Assembly: GCA_904063045.1 (NCBI GenBank)
Contig: CAJFCJ010000021.1
Span: 124,001-188,000, forward strand
Origin: Dimorphilus gyrociliatus
Lineage: Eukaryota > Animalia > Annelida
DNA length: 64,000 nucleotides
Reading direction: 5' to 3'
In this document: piece after piece, positions 27,031 to 41,550 of the stretch
How the letters are laid out: each line of letters opens with the position of its first letter
How positions within the stretch are numbered: the stretch's first letter is position 1
Made by a program: the position numbers and the translations under genes
Notes under the pieces: generated by a model
Database searches by the model: none
Told to the model about the DNA's origin: nothing
Seen by the model: only the letters and a program-made list of their open reading frames with translations

Positions 27031-28044
27031 CCTATTTCTATTTAAGGATAACTTCTGAAGATTGGAACCAGGTTGAAAAACGTTCGTAACCTTTCTCACT
27101 AGATTTTCATCCATATATAGTGATCTTAGAGTTGGAGAAAGTGAATCTGGTATTTTTCTCATCAAATTTTTCCCTAAACGTAATTCCTCTAATAGACGCA
27201 ATCTAAGAAATGTATATTTTTCAATATTTTCTAATTTATTCTGATCCATGACTAATATTCTTATGCTAATAAGATGCTTTATGTTTTTCAGGCTTCTGAT
27301 ATTGTTCCTTCTAAGGACGAGGTAATCAATAGTCTTTGGTACATCTAGTGGAATATCATTAATTCCACAATTCGATAGGTCTAAGAAGTTTAAATTTGCC
27401 GATGATGGTATGTTCAATTCTTTCAAATTATCTTTAAGAGGATTATTTCTCAATACTATTGTATTTATAGATTTAAGAGGTTCGAATGCCTTTGCATCAA
27501 TGTCTTTTAAAAGATTTCCGTCCAAATTCAATTTTTCCAATTTGGTTAAAAACGAGAACGTTACAGAAGATAGTCTCTTTAATCTATTATTTTTTAACTG
27601 TAATATTCGTAAATTGGTCAGTAAACCCAATTCCAAGTGGACGATAACGTTCGAGTTTGCTACAAGCGTCCTCAAATTAGTTAGTCCCTTTAGCATTGCC
27701 ATCGACAATTGGTTTAGTTCATTATACGACAAATCTAAGAACTTTAGATCATTTAAATATACGAAGCTACCTTCCACAACTGTTCTAATTCTATTATGAG
27801 ACAAATCTAAACTTTCCACACCACGTATATTGTTCCATAAGGAACCGTATAGCTGTAGTAAAGAATTATGCGCTAGATTCAATCTCTTTGTCCATTCCGG
27901 TAGAACAGGTACAGTTTGCAGTTTTTGTAGTGTACAATTTACAGATGAGTAACGCCTGTGACAAACGCAACTCGTTGGGCACGATAGAGTCCCTAGTAAG
28001 TGTAATAGGCCTACTACTATTATCGGCAACCATATCCGGGGCAT
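27031..28044 (-). CDS. Leucine-rich-repeat type I transmembrane protein, coding exon 1 (signal peptide, LRRNT, LRRs)
   Basis: Signal peptide, CPTSCVC LRRNT cap and many LxxLxLxxN repeats. Donor AGG|GTAAGT at 27031/27030, phase 0. Confidence 0.93.
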
Positions 28045-31000
28045 TATGGCTCCTTAGTAGAATTATCGTGCATAGTTTCACTTTTCTGTTTTCTTTTATT
28101 TAAAATAATTAATCTTTTTTATTTTCGGTAAATTTTCTCTTTATACGATTCGTTTCTGATTCGTTATGAAAACAATCCGTCAGCTCAGGGAAAGTTCTTT
28201 CTCTCGTACGTAAATATTATAGGAGATTGGGTAGGTTAGAAATTGAGAAGCCCTGTAGGGTGAAAAGAAATGTTGATACTGTACAGTATATTCAACAGCT
28301 GTTATATATTTGTCTGTTTTACGTCAAAATAAATGAGTTAACAACGTGTTTATTGTTTGATAGTCGGGAAAAAACCCCTTCTTAGAGGGTTATCCCTATT
28401 CGTAATGTTTCTTTTTAAATTGCCGGAAAGAAACAGAAAGGAGATCTGCCAAATTGTTCTGAAAGGTGAGCGAATGAAAGATAAATGCTAGCAGAAAAAA
28501 AAGAGGAAAAGGGCAAAAATAGCTTGTTAAATAGTTTTATTCCTTAAACACGCCTTTTTAAAATAGACGTATTTAGCCCTTAAGAGCGTGCTCACTCTAC
28601 CTTCTTATCTTTTATAACAAAAAGGAGAAAAGGAAAAAATCTTTCCCTGACCTCTTCAATCCTAAGGGCGTGATCGTCCATCCCCTTAAGTATAAGAGGG
28701 AGCGATTGAACGGTAAAATAAATAAAGAGATTCTATTCTTTCGATTTGCTCATTATAAACTTATTTTTTTCCCAGGAAAGCCTTTTTTCTCATGATTAAG
28801 TAGAGATGTGGGAAAGTAACCTTTTTTTTATAATAACAATTCTTCTTTTTATTCATTCTTCCTAGTGTCCTGCACACCTACTATCCTACCCACCCATTGT
28901 CCATTCTGCTCTTGATTTCTTCCTCTCATTTTACTTTAATGGAAAAAATGCGGTTAAATTGAAAATCTATACAGCTTATCAGCAAATAGGCTATTCACTA
29001 AAGACCTTTTCTTTAGTAAGGTTCGCAGGAGGTGATTGTAACGAGTTACTTTTATAAATTGTTTCCGGCCTATGTATTCGATCCTTTTGACTTTTCTTTG
29101 GGTGGGGTAGAACACTGTCGCCGGAAAAATAACTCGCATACAACGAAAAATTCCATTCATAACTAATATATAAGCTATAGGCCTTCGAAACAAAGAATCT
29201 AATATAAATAATAAATAGAGTATACACGCTATAATATATATATATATATAAATATATATTTATATAACTAACTAGACCTAGGAAGTTTAACTCTTTACAC
29301 TTTATATGGAATGGTTAAAAAGGGTTTTTTGTAAAGGTCTTCTTTGTTCTATTCAAGAATATATATTTACTGCTTTTATTTTATACTATTCAAGTTATGC
29401 CAGCCTGTCTATCTCTTTACTCTCTTTCTCAATTTTTTTTTGACTTGTTCACTCTTTTTTAATACATCGAAAACCTTTTTATCCGGAGTACTTGGCTTAT
29501 TCTGTACGATAATAAAATTTTCTATAGGATTCACCAGTAGAGAGTAGTAGCTTTCTATTGAAGAATTTATAAATATATATATATTTATATATTGAATATG
29601 CCCATTATATAAACGGAACATAGCAGAAAAACACTATAATGAATAAATCGTTTTGTCATTTCTATTCTGTCATCGCCTGCTGAGCTGAAGTCATGGACGT
29701 AACCAAGTTTTTCGATTATGAATTACCTTTTAATAACCCCGATTTCACAGGTTTCCACTTTATATTAACACCATATACAATAGTAATAGGAGCAATAAAT
29801 AGAAAATTATTAACAAATTCAGTTTTATATGGACCTTATTAGCATTATTAGAGAGATAAAAGCGTAAAGAGAATAAAATACATTTATGCTTCTTTTATTA
29901 TATTTGTATGGGAGTGAAGGAAATTTTGTTTTGTAAAGGAGATAACTAATATTGATCCGCATCGTCCCGAAGCGTCATCATAAAGTAAGAACGACGCCAG
30001 AGACAGTGTCCATTCGGCCGTTACAATGGCGCCATTCCTCGGCCTTCTCATGCAATTTGCCGTTGGTCTTTGTTGGCGCGAAATTCGGTTACAAACTGCC
30101 GACTCCTTTACGAATTTGGAATAGGGCTAGCAAAGAAAAATCAAAGAATGTTTACGTTGCAATGAAAGGCGAGATATCCCTTCTATAACCAACCAAGTAC
30201 ACCTGCTTCTTTACGGCGCTTTAGGGATGTGGGCGGCGGTTGATGTAGGGGGCGGGAAACTCAGAGAGATTATAGATTGGGGTCTAATTCTTTCGCCTCA
30301 TTGATTTTTCGAGGGAAAAAATAAAGCTGCGTATGGCGGATAAAAACTTTTTGGGAATAAAAAAATCCCCCATGTTCTATTGTCTCCTAAGTTTTCCCAC
30401 ACTCTTGTCCCTAGCAATATTATAACTTTTTTTACTGATCAATACCCTTTCATCCTACTTTTAGCAGGTACTTAATAGAATTCTTTCCGTTAAATTTTTA
30501 ATTAACCTCGAAAAAGGAGCTAATTTATTCCTCTTAATTATGATTATCTATTTAATTATTAAAATTACCTCCAGGCGGCGCAAATTTTCACATCGAAAAT
30601 TACCCACTTTCCATCACTACACCCTCTTATCCCCTCCCCCACTCGTATAACAAATTAACTCGTCGTAAACTCCGAAATAAGCTCAATTTTATAGAGAATT
30701 AAATGGGCAGCTATTTATTTTTAGGTTTTTGTACAAGTAATATAAACAAAGGAGAGAGAGAAGGAAAACTATCGAACGTAAAGAGAAACGATGAGAGTTA
30801 TAGGTTAAAAAGCATAGCCGACTAAATGGGGCAGAAAAGATCTCCGTAGTCGTATAACAACAGGAAGGAAGAAATTCCGGATCCTTTAAACTCTCTAATT
30901 AACTACTAACTGCCTGAGAGAATGATAGAGAGAGAGAGAGAGAGAGAGAAGGGCAGAAAGATAGATAGAAAGAGAGAATAAGATTGAGAGAAAGGATGAA

Positions 31001-33500
31001 ATATAAATAAATTTCTTCTTTCTTGTATTACTTATTTATAACAATAGATTTTCTTCATGATAATAACACTTGCTAATAAACTTTATTACTTATTGGTGGA
31101 AATTAATTTCCGTAGAGGTTACATAACTTTAGAACATCAATGACGTAATTTTTACAAATGGGGCAATCAATTCTGCCTAATTTCTATCTACAAAGCTTAT
31201 TTTATTGCTTTCAATGTATGTAAGTAAGGTTCTATCTTTGAAACGTTCCAAAAGTTGTATTTAATAGCTTTCTTTCGTTCTTTCGTATAATGGTGTAGTA
31301 CGGACAAATACCGCTATCAACGCTAGAAAACTCCTCTATAATTTTACCCTGGGCGATTGTTAAGAATATTATAACATATATTTATATATAAATATACTTT
31401 ACATTCATATCCACTACAACCTATTTATTAATCGTAAATGTAGATCATTCTACAAAATATACAGTACATATATACTGAATGTATATAATGTATATGTATA
31501 TACTAACATATAAATATATATATTCTTGTCTTTTCTATTGAAGATTCTGCATATGAATAATATTTCTTATTCAATAAGTATAGAATAGAGCATAGGAAAG
31601 GGGAAAAAGACGGAATGTTTCACCTCCAACCTTCTCCTATTCACCCTTTTTACAGAAAACCGTGTAATATCATATGACGTAATACGGTCGATCAAAGACT
31701 ACTTTATTTCTTCCGTCATTCTCTTTCCGCCCATCCATTCATTTTCCTAACTTTCTATTCTTTTCCCCCAACTTCCTTTCATCAATATCCAGTGACCTTT
31801 TATGCCTTTCATAAATGACGTATTACATAATAACGTTAGCGTGTGACTCGTATGAAATCCTTCAATCAACATACTACGCTAACTGACTTAATATATTCCT
31901 TAGACAAATAAAGCCGCTTGTTATCTATGTATGTGTTCTTAACAGCAGTTATACTCCTTTTATTGTATAAAAGTAAATATTATTTTAAGATAAAATGTCT
32001 CGAAAATGAAAAAAAGAGGAAAAAAATGAACTATACCTGAATATTATACTGCATATACTAAATGTACTTGGGAATAATTTCAGTAAGGCATATGGTATAT
32101 ATAAAACCAATTCTATACAAGATAAACAACGGATAACTGGGCATAGACAGAGTTTAGGGCGTATAAAACCGGTGTTAATTAGGACCCCTTTTTCCGGTTG
32201 AATAAGGAATTGATAGGGAACATCGTCTTATATCGGTTTCTTGATGTCAAAAACCTTTTAAAAAAGAAGATCCCTCGGCGAATTAAATCGAGCTTTTGTA
32301 GGTGCGTTTAGGGAGTGTTTTTCTAATAAATGAAAACAAAGAACTGCGGGGGAGTTATCAGGGTCATTTAGAGCATTTAAACAAAATTCAAATTCTCTTA
32401 CTAACATATTGTAAAAAATGTAAATTCAAATTCAAAAGAATTGTAAATACAAAAGAAAATGATTGAAAATAGAGGACGAAGACGTTGGAAAAGCATTTAT
32501 AGAAAGAAATAATCTCTGGGAATGTAGCTTTTCTAAAATTTGTAACATTTTTATTAGATTTATTCATATTGCGTAACGAATCGTTAAATCTGTTCCTTTG
32601 TGAATCGACTTTATTTTCGATTATTCCTGCTCTTTTTTTATATGGAAGATTCCCTCCTCTGATCCTTTATCTTGTTTACAGTGAATACAAATCCTCCCTT
32701 GTTCACTCTTCTTTACATAAGATTCCCATCTTTCTTTTATTATAAATGCATTTACACGCGCGTGTAACGTTTGTCGGCAGGAGATCAGAGAGAGTTAGGG
32801 GGTTATGGAAAAGTTTCCGTTTCAAAAAAATCTCCATATGATTTGCATATAATTTGAATAATTATTTTAACGCTCGAAACCCAGCTCCGAATAAAGAATA
32901 AAGACGAAACGTAATATAGGACCGAAGAAAATAAGTTAAGACAATAAACGCTCATCAAACTCCTGCCTCGTCTCTGTGGCACCATTGCGGACTCTCTCCA
33001 ATAAGGCTTATCGTTTTTCCAGAAACCAGGCATAGGCCTATCAGTAGTATTGGGAAAAATAGAAAGATATAACCGACTTGTCGACGCTATCTAACATTTG
33101 AAGGATGACGCGATTTTCGATATCACGCGGAGCGTCTAATAATAAGGAATTGATGAAGTGCACCATCGCCGGCATCTATAAAAATTAGACGCCTACCGCA
33201 CGTGTGTAAATATGGAACGTTCGTTAAGAACGTCCAGTCCATTAAATCGACTTCCTTATTACAACAGTCTATTTGTTCTCAATTGTCTTTCGCTAAAAAC
33301 CCAATCGACTAACATGCGGAGGAAAAACTAGTGTTTAATAAATAATTCTCAGCACGTACTATCGTTCTTTGCAATCTGTCGAACATTTTGTACAATATTT
33401 TTCACCCTTCAAAAAATTCCTAGAGATTTCTAGACGCCCTTGCTTGCCTCCCTGTCCTCATTCTCATTTTTCTTATACATTTTTTCTTCGCTTTCAACTA

Positions 33501-33536
<36 letters not shown>

Positions 33537-36352
33537 AGTATTCGTACACTCCTCGCTATTTATTTCGTCTCTATACAATCAAATCATTTACATATATTAC
33601 TGGGCATTCTATTAACGAATTTATGCCCCGTAAACACTTCTAAAACAACGTATGAAAGAAAGAATTTTTTCTGGTATATAATGCTTCGAGCAGAATGTTA
33701 GGATAAACTGTTATCTAAGCCTATACCAGCGCTAAAGTCGTTCGTCATTCACGCTTCGACGTAGGCGATTGTTCGCCTTCGAATGCGATAGCGATCAAAA
33801 TATATATTCTTTTTTAACGATCGTTTAGTAGTCGGTGCCTTTTTTTTTGCAGCTGTGGCGACTTCAATGCTTTTGAAGAAAGCACTTCCACCAACTTGAC
33901 GGATTATCGGGATAAATAATCAATTTATGAGTATTTGTCAGAAGGCGCTAAAGTATTGATTCAAAATCTTAATTTCTTATTTGAAAAGAATTAAAGTTAT
34001 TATGAATATTTTGAAGAAGTGGGACGAAAGAGGCGTCAAGGGGAGGAAAGGGAGGAAAGGACGTATAGTAAATAAGTCGCTCTAAAGCGTGCCCTCCGAT
34101 AGTATTTAAGCCATCCTTTATCCACTTGTCGACACGTTCAAAGTATAATATTTCATTTTGATTTTACGTGGATGATAGCCCGGTTCGTGACTAGCCGAAT
34201 TTCTCCTCTACGATTCATCAGTAGGGGTTGAAGTTTATATTATTTTTTAACACAGTATTATTACCAGAACCAAACGCTATTCCTAAGGATAAATTACCCC
34301 TTAGTCCGGTCTCTTTTGATTAATAACAATATATGATTAGTCTCTATCAATTCAATCTTTCTAAACGATTTCATAAACAATATACATGTAAGATTTAATT
34401 GTTAATAAATACAGTTATTCAATAAGGGATTAGAAGACTATATAAGGCTCTTGACTTCCTTTTTTCGGTGATTTCAATACCCTACTGATTGAATTTTTAT
34501 TTATAATGTATCATAAATAGGTAATATGGGTATATTATTACAAAATTTTCAACAGCTAGAGAAAGAACTAGAGAAGACTATTATTTTTTTTTATATTGCA
34601 TAACTTTTAAGTATACCCAAAGGCGAATCTCAACTGTTTTGAGGAGCACGTGCAATGGATTAGATATTTCCTTCGATTATATGTTTCTTTTTGAACATTT
34701 CAATTCGCTTACTCATTGAACAATATATTTACGATACGTATAACCGATTTCGAATGCAAAACACGCATATCTAGGGATTTACTTCTTCTTTCTTCACTGC
34801 TCCCCAAAAAAAACAAAGATAAAAGGGACAAAGAAAGAAAAGATAGATAGAAGAAGGGTTATATATAAAATGAAAGAGGGAAGAGAGTATATATATTTAT
34901 GTATTTATAACTTATCATTATTTTCTTAGTTCTTCATAAAACACAAGTAATAAGATACTAAAGCCTATCTTGACTAACTATTTGTTTTTCGTTCAATCGT
35001 TTTTATGAGCATACATAGAAATTGTTATTAAAAATTTATTAAAAGTAGAAAACTATGTTTTTTTTATTAATAAAATAGTTATCACTTCTATTTATACTTT
35101 TTTTTCCATACATCAACTATAGGGATTAACAAATGAATTTTTTAAACGGGAAATACAATTCTACTATTATTGTTATCATCTCACGCAAGCTAAACAATTT
35201 CTCCCATCAAAACTGCCTGTATTCTTTCTCTCTCTCTCTCTTACTCTCTTTCTATATTTGTCACACTTTTACCTTTCCTCTCATTTCAAATCTGACATAT
35301 ATGTCTATCCGACAGTCACCTCTCTTTACATTTTCTTTTTTTTAACGCTTTTCTCATCTCATGATTAATAATGCTGTTTTACCTTTATTCTTATTATTCT
35401 TATTCAATAAATTTGTTTAAAAATTGATAAATATTTTTATAGGCTTATAAAAAACTTAGAATTTCTACAATATATTATTTTTCGCCCTTACCCTCTAAAA
35501 AAAGTAGAAATATACCTAATCCTTGTTAATAATAATAATAAAAAGTAAGTTTTTTTTTTACAAGTACAAATATTTTGAACGAAAAAGTATACTAAAACAC
35601 AATTGTTAATCAATAAACTGTTCAAAAATAAAGCGTCTATGTATTACTTACCGTATGATACAAAAAAAATCGACTGCTTTCGACTCGGAAGGGAAACGAG
35701 TTATGAGAAAAGAGGTAGGGAGAAATATGACCGCTAGAGGGAGTCTTTTTTTATTTTCTAGTAATAATAATCGCCGTTTGATAAATACCTTTGGTAAACA
35801 CTTGCTACAAATAACAACTATAGAGAAGACACCAATTCTCCGTTATTAATCTTCATAATATTTTTTGTTAGAAAGGCGACAAGTCAGAAGGAAGAAGGTA
35901 ATAAAATATTGGAATGGAAATGGGATAACTAAAATAACGAAAAGGGCAAACGAAAATGATGTTCGGAACGGGTGGTAAAATTCTTTGCAAGCCACTTATA
36001 AATCTATTTTCGGTTGACTTTTTACAACCGTCTTTATAACGTTCATACGTCTCGAATTTCCGATTTTTGAACGGTGGACACGCTTTGAATATTTGTAGGT
36101 GAATAGAACGTGATCTCAACTGTGAAAATGCGTAATGAAGCTTCGATCGAGTCAATAGAACGATCTTTTTAATGAGGGGTCGGGCGTGGAGGAGCAACCC
36201 ATACACAGTTCAGACCCCCTCGTTCACATTTATTTTATCCTATTCAAAAGAATAGTTCCCAGTATTTCTTACCTCATGATTTATGTGAGAAACCGACCTT
36301 CTATTTATACAAACTAGAAATAGGACTCTGAACGGTAATTGCAATAACTGAA

Positions 36353-36362
36353 GCGCATGCGC
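36353..36362. promoter_or_regulatory. NRF1-type palindrome GCGCATGCGC
   Basis: Perfect 10-bp GC-rich palindrome in AT-rich DNA, about 80 nt upstream (minus sense) of a consensus donor GAG|GTAAGA at 36273/36272. Confidence 0.4.
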
Positions 36363-36971
36363 AAATAAAATGAAAAAGTTAGAAAAAGCGAATCGTATCG
36401 TTGTTTACTATAAAAAAAAGAAAAATAAATAAAGAGAACATTCAAAGCTAAAAGAGAACAATAACCGTATATATTCAAATATCAGCGTATAAATATTGGT
36501 TATTCAATATCAGATAGAAGAAGTGCATCTATATAAATCTCATATAATTGCTTTTTAAGAGCTTTTTAGTACATAAAGTTAGATGTTTTTATTGTTACGT
36601 TATTATTAGTTCCTTTGAGAAAGAACATTCAAAAAGAAGAGAATTAAAGAAAAGGGCTACCATTTTGTACAAAACGACGTAACGAATTTTAAAAAGGGAG
36701 GACGTAAAGTAGAGTTTGTTGATTTTATTGACAAAACGTTGTTCAAAGTTGTTGACACCTTGAAAAACTACGCCACCTGGCCGAATCGACTGAAGTGCTC
36801 ATATATACATATACTAAGAATGATTTGAATGAATGATAGAAAAGGAAGAATAGAAAAAAGGAGATAGAAAAATATGAATGAATGATAAAAATCAAAAGAA
36901 GGGCGAATAAACGAGAGCGAGAGGGAGGATATAAGTGAATAACTGAATGATAGAAAGAAAGAAGGAAGGAG

Positions 36972-37013
<42 letters not shown>

Positions 37014-38296
37014 AATATATAAGAAGGAAAGAAAGAGAGATAAAAGAAAATAAGAAGGCTTTTAGTGATTTTATTATTTAGCCTGCTAAACCAATTTATT
37101 TTGCACTTATTACAATTATTTTCAATAAGATATTAATAAATGTATTAAATAGAAAATAAATTAGCGAATTTAAGTCTATTCTTAATAAGGAACTATTCAT
37201 AACCTAACTATTATAACCCCACCAAAGGTATTTAGTAATTACCGAACTTCTTGTATTACATTTTTACAGATCCGGTGGTCGGTATACGCATAGTGGCGGA
37301 GAAATATGTTTATATCGCCTGCAGATAATTAAGGGATCGCGATCGTATAAACAAGTTTCACTTTGGCGGTATCCTGTAGGAAAATATGAAGAAAAGATTC
37401 GATGCAGAAGGCTCTTTCTCCTTCTTCCTCTTCATCCTTTCTTAATATTATTTTTTCTTTTATTTCAACTTTTACTTTTTTCGTTCAAAGGGTAAAGTGG
37501 TTTCTCTCTCTCTCTCTCTTTATCTCTCTCTTTCCTTCTCTCTATCTTTTATTATACTGATCGTTATCCTTTAATAAAAGGAATAGATAGGGGAGGGATA
37601 CGGGAAATTTAAGAAAAGTAAGACAAGTGGAAAGAATGGAGGCGAAGAGATTGATAAAATAAAATACAAAGTATATCGAATTAATTGGAATCCAGTCAAT
37701 GAAAAACTATAAAAGACTAACTTTAGAAAAGATCAGTGAGAATCGAGATTGAAAAAGAAGATAAGAAAAACGAAGTTGTAGTTAGCGATTACTCACGCTT
37801 GAATATCGCGTTATAAATCCTGTAATATCTACTGATCGAAAATATTCTTTTATAAAAGTAATATCCGCTCCTTTTCTACTGATATCGTATTGACTCGATC
37901 CAACTGCACAGGAAATTGTTTGTTTGATATATATTCTATCTACTGACGGTCCGGTAACGCTTCGGCGAACCGTCCCTTTACTTTTGAAAGAAAAGGAAAA
38001 CTGTAATAGATCAACGACCGGAAGAAACAGTTTGCTTTTACTAGTGTATTTATAAAAATTAGCGGACTTAGAAGTGACCAATGTATATAGATTATACGGG
38101 ATAATAGACAAAGTGGCACGATGTCTAATTGATTAAGTGCATCAAGCCAATACCGAATTACTCAGTGTCATAGATATACAAAAGCTCAGCAAAGTGCAGT
38201 TTTACAGTTGACTTCATTCCAACCAAAACTCGGCTAACTACATTTTTTTTCGTTATTTAATTTAACGACATCTCATTTCCTATACAAATGTTCTTT

Positions 38297-38535
38297 GCGC
38301 CATCTGTCGGATTAGCTCTCGATTTCTTCTAGTAGGGAATACGATATCCATCGTGAAGTAAACCTTTTGATAACCTAGGTTTTCGGTATTAGCGAAAAAA
38401 AACGTTCACTAAACATATTCTGCCTATTAAACAAAGTAACGGGATATCTTTTCAAGAAAACAAAGTTAATTTCAAACAGCAGGTGTCGCTTAAACCATTA
38501 AAAGGAGAGATAACGGCACACTCGGCAGATGGCGC
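38297..38535. promoter_or_regulatory. Cluster of three CTCF-like motifs, divergent, just 3' of the DCST gene
   Basis: GCGCCATCTGTCGG (reverse, 38297), ACAGCAGGTGTCGC (forward, 38476), TCGGCAGATGGCGC (forward, 38522). Confidence 0.6.
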
Positions 38536-38643
38536 TAAGATATTAAACCGATTGAATGAAGAATATTTTTGAAACTGATAGAGACGGGAATGTAAAAAAG
38601 AGTACTCAGATTGTAACCCAATTGCAACACTGAAGCTTCCAGT

Positions 38644-40155
38644 TTACAAATAGACTTTATCTGCCCTTAGGACCATCATTTCTTCTTCGTCAGTTAAATC
38701 TCTTCTGACTGGTACGAAACACCTTTCACATAGAGCGCACTTGTTTGACATATCTCTAAAACATTCCTCGCAGTATAAACCGCAGCAATCGGGCGTATTA
38801 CAATCGATGTAACGCCTATCCTCCAATTGCCCGCACGCAAGGCAACGTCTAGAATCGAGCGAAAACGTTTTAAAAACGGGACACGCTCTACTTAGACGTT
38901 TACATAAACCGATCTCCTGTCTTAAATTTCTTTTACGTTGCTCCTCTCGTACCTTAGTTGACAAACTAGAATCGGCTTTCCTCCTCCAATTTAGAAGCTT
39001 CGAATATAAATAAGCCGATCTGACTTTCTGTCTTTCTGGGTAGAAATAAGCAGCCAGTTTAAGGCGAAAACGGAAAATGTAGGCTTTAAATAGGATAGTT
39101 AGAATAAGAACTATATACAGAAGAAACAATATGAAAAGAAAGAGTAATTTAGGCTCTGAAGGTTTTGGTGTACACTTTGATGAATCAACAGCTAATGCAT
39201 ACGCAGAATTCTCCGATGAGTGAAAGGACGATATGAACCTATTGAGTAGGTCGAACAGCGCGCCCTCTCCCATTAGGACATCGTTGGATTTTACCCCGCG
39301 GCTAGTGACTGATCCAGCACTATCGGATATCATTGATAAGATCCAGTAGAGAACGTAGTCGAACATGTATGTTACGAAAGAGATAAGGACATGAAGAAAA
39401 AGGACGCATATGCCGGTAGAATACAGCGTTTCCTCCTCACATGTTAAGTCGGAAGTAGCAGTTGTATCTGCGACATATCTTCTTTCGTGACGTTTTAGCG
39501 GTAGTAGCGTCTCTATTCCAACGTTTCGTCTTCTATCGTCCAAAAGTAACGCTTCCCTAGTTATATAAGAATTATCGAACTTGATATCTACAATATAATT
39601 CTGAAGATATTTCCAAGCCGTAAAAACAAGCAAGATTAAAGAGAGGGGCGCCATCTTGTGTAAAATTATAATTGTTACACGGACAAAATGTGTCTTCTCA
39701 GAAAAATCCCTTTCTATACTTTGCGTAAATGAGATTTGCTTAGAAGAATTCCTTCTCTTCAACAAAATAGGTTCAGCTTTGAAATGTAAAGAATTTCTTA
39801 AATCTTCTATAGCTCTCTGTGTAGCGTTTATTGCTGTTCTTACGGCTACCTTACCGTATTTGGTAGAATGGGAGCATACGCTTAATGAATTGCTTAATAC
39901 CGAACAAACATCGGCTCCTTTCAGAGATTGGCACATCACTTGCGGACGTTTCTTATCCACTTTATCTTTTTTGTCCTTGGCTCGCCGCTTTTCGATACGT
40001 TCGGGTGGTATATTCTTTTGTAGTTTGTCAAAGAAATCCTGAGCATCCTGAACCATACCAGCTATACCTTTAACTAAATCATCACATCGACTCTTAGCTT
40101 CCACTATTCCATTTTTACAGTCTTTATAAGCAGCCGCAACCAATGATCGGCAAGT
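38644..40155 (-). CDS. DC-STAMP domain protein, coding exon B (DC-STAMP domain, TMs, C-terminal C4C4 RING-like finger)
   Basis: Acceptor tcattttatag|ACT at 40156/40155, phase 0. Contains YL..IKFDNSYIT, DYVLYWIL..I, FRLKLAAYFYPERQKVR..YLY and the terminal CLAC..C..C..CEEC..CALC finger (38728-38844). Joined protein is about 809 aa. Confidence 0.92.
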   Translation of the reverse strand, partial: TCRSLVAAAYKDCKNGIVEAKSRCDDLVKGIAGMVQDAQDFFDKLQKNIPPERIEKRRAKDKKDKVDKKRPQVMCQSLKGADVCSVLSNSLSVCSHSTKYGKVAVRTAINATQRAIEDLRNSLHFKAEPILLKRRNSSKQISFTQSIERDFSEKTHFVRVTIIILHKMAPLSLILLVFTAWKYLQNYIVDIKFDNSYITREALLLDDRRRNVGIETLLPLKRHERRYVADTTATSDLTCEEETLYSTGICVLFLHVLISFVTYMFDYVLYWILSMISDSAGSVTSRGVKSNDVLMGEGALFDLLNRFISSFHSSENSAYALAVDSSKCTPKPSEPKLLFLFILFLLYIVLILTILFKAYIFRFRLKLAAYFYPERQKVRSAYLYSKLLNWRRKADSSLSTKVREEQRKRNLRQEIGLCKRLSRACPVFKTFSLDSRRCLACGQLEDRRYIDCNTPDCCGLYCEECFRDMSNKCALCERCFVPVRRDLTDEEEMMVLRADKVYL

Positions 40156-41550
40156 CTATAAAATGAGAATATGAAAGACATTATATTAAATTTTATAGTT
40201 CGTAAAAAAAGAGAAACTAAAGGAACAAAGAATAGAAATAATAAGAATGCAACGAATAATCTTATATAGATTAGACCACCAAAATTTTGGTTAAAATATC
40301 TGCAGTCGCTCAACTTCGAAGTATATCTCAATACTCGCATGTCAGTGTCGATATTATCTTTGAAATTAATTAAAAAATATAAGCTTCACTGAGTATCTAT
40401 GGTCCTAGGCGCATTCTTATTAACTAATTAATAGTATTTGAGTAATCTTACATAAGCTATAATAAACAATATATGCATAAAGTTAAGGGGAAATTTAAGG
40501 GAATGTTAAAAAAATAGATCAAGTACTGTTTGATTGAATCCAATTAGAAGGATATATATATATATAATGTATATGTATATAGAAAGTAGCCTCTTTATAC
40601 AGTATATTATAGACAATTATATATACTGTAGGCTCTCTCTCTTTCTTATCTTCTTAAAGCGATTTAAAAGAAATAGATTCCAAGTAACAAAAAACAGTAG
40701 AGAAAGCGTAAAAAGGTAAAAAGTAATATATTGAGGGAAGAACGAGAGAGAGAGAAAGAGTAAGGAAGAAATTTCCTTCTCTCATTTTGTTTCTTCTCTC
40801 TTTTTTTACGAAGACAAAAAAAGAAATAAAACAAAAGTAAGAATGAAATCTCATGTATTTTTTTGACAGTTTGTACTAAAATCAAGTTCTTTCTTTTATT
40901 TTTGGCTACTGTTAATAAAGCGTTTAAACTGTATACCATATATATATATTTACTGTATATAGTATATTCTTATCGCACTTAATTAATTAAAATCTATTAA
41001 TTTTAGTATTTAAGTGCATTCTGTCTGTCTCTCTTTTTTTTTTATTTTTTAATATTATTCACCTTATTACTAGATGGAGATGAAAAGTATCATCAGATAC
41101 CTTTTGCCCTGTTTTTTCCCTTATATATTTTACCCAATAAAGAGAGGGAAAGAAATAAATATAATACAATATAGAAAATAGTAATATTTTTTTTTCTGCC
41201 AATTTTTTTGTCTTTTATTCCTCTTCTATTCTCTTCTTTTCTCTCTCTGTCTCTCTCTTTATCTCATACGTTTATACACAGATTTGATGGAAAAGATAGT
41301 TCTTGTAAGATGTTTTTTTTTTGTATGGGAAAAAATAAGACTCTTAGTAATTATTCTTCATGTAGGCGGAAAAGACGTAATATATACAGTAGAGAGATTA
41401 AATGATATTCAGCGGTTAAGTTGTAATTTAGTAATTGGTATTCTATTTTGTTAAATTAATTAGTATATTAATAATTACTGTAACTGTCTTAAATTAGAGA
41501 CAACAGTGAAGTATAAATATAATTAAATACAGATAAATATATCAGCGTAC

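Noticed and set aside
25729-27799. Plus-strand ORFs (25729-26157, 26284-26535, 27410-27799) opposite the LRR gene
   Set aside because: Antisense shadow ORFs caused by codon structure of the real gene.
32803-36206. Short minus-strand ORFs 32803-33033 and 35868-36206
   Set aside because: No recognisable domain or consistent splice partners; treated as non-coding or UTR-related.
39656-40073. Plus-strand ORFs opposite the DCST exon
   Set aside because: Antisense shadows with no independent features.
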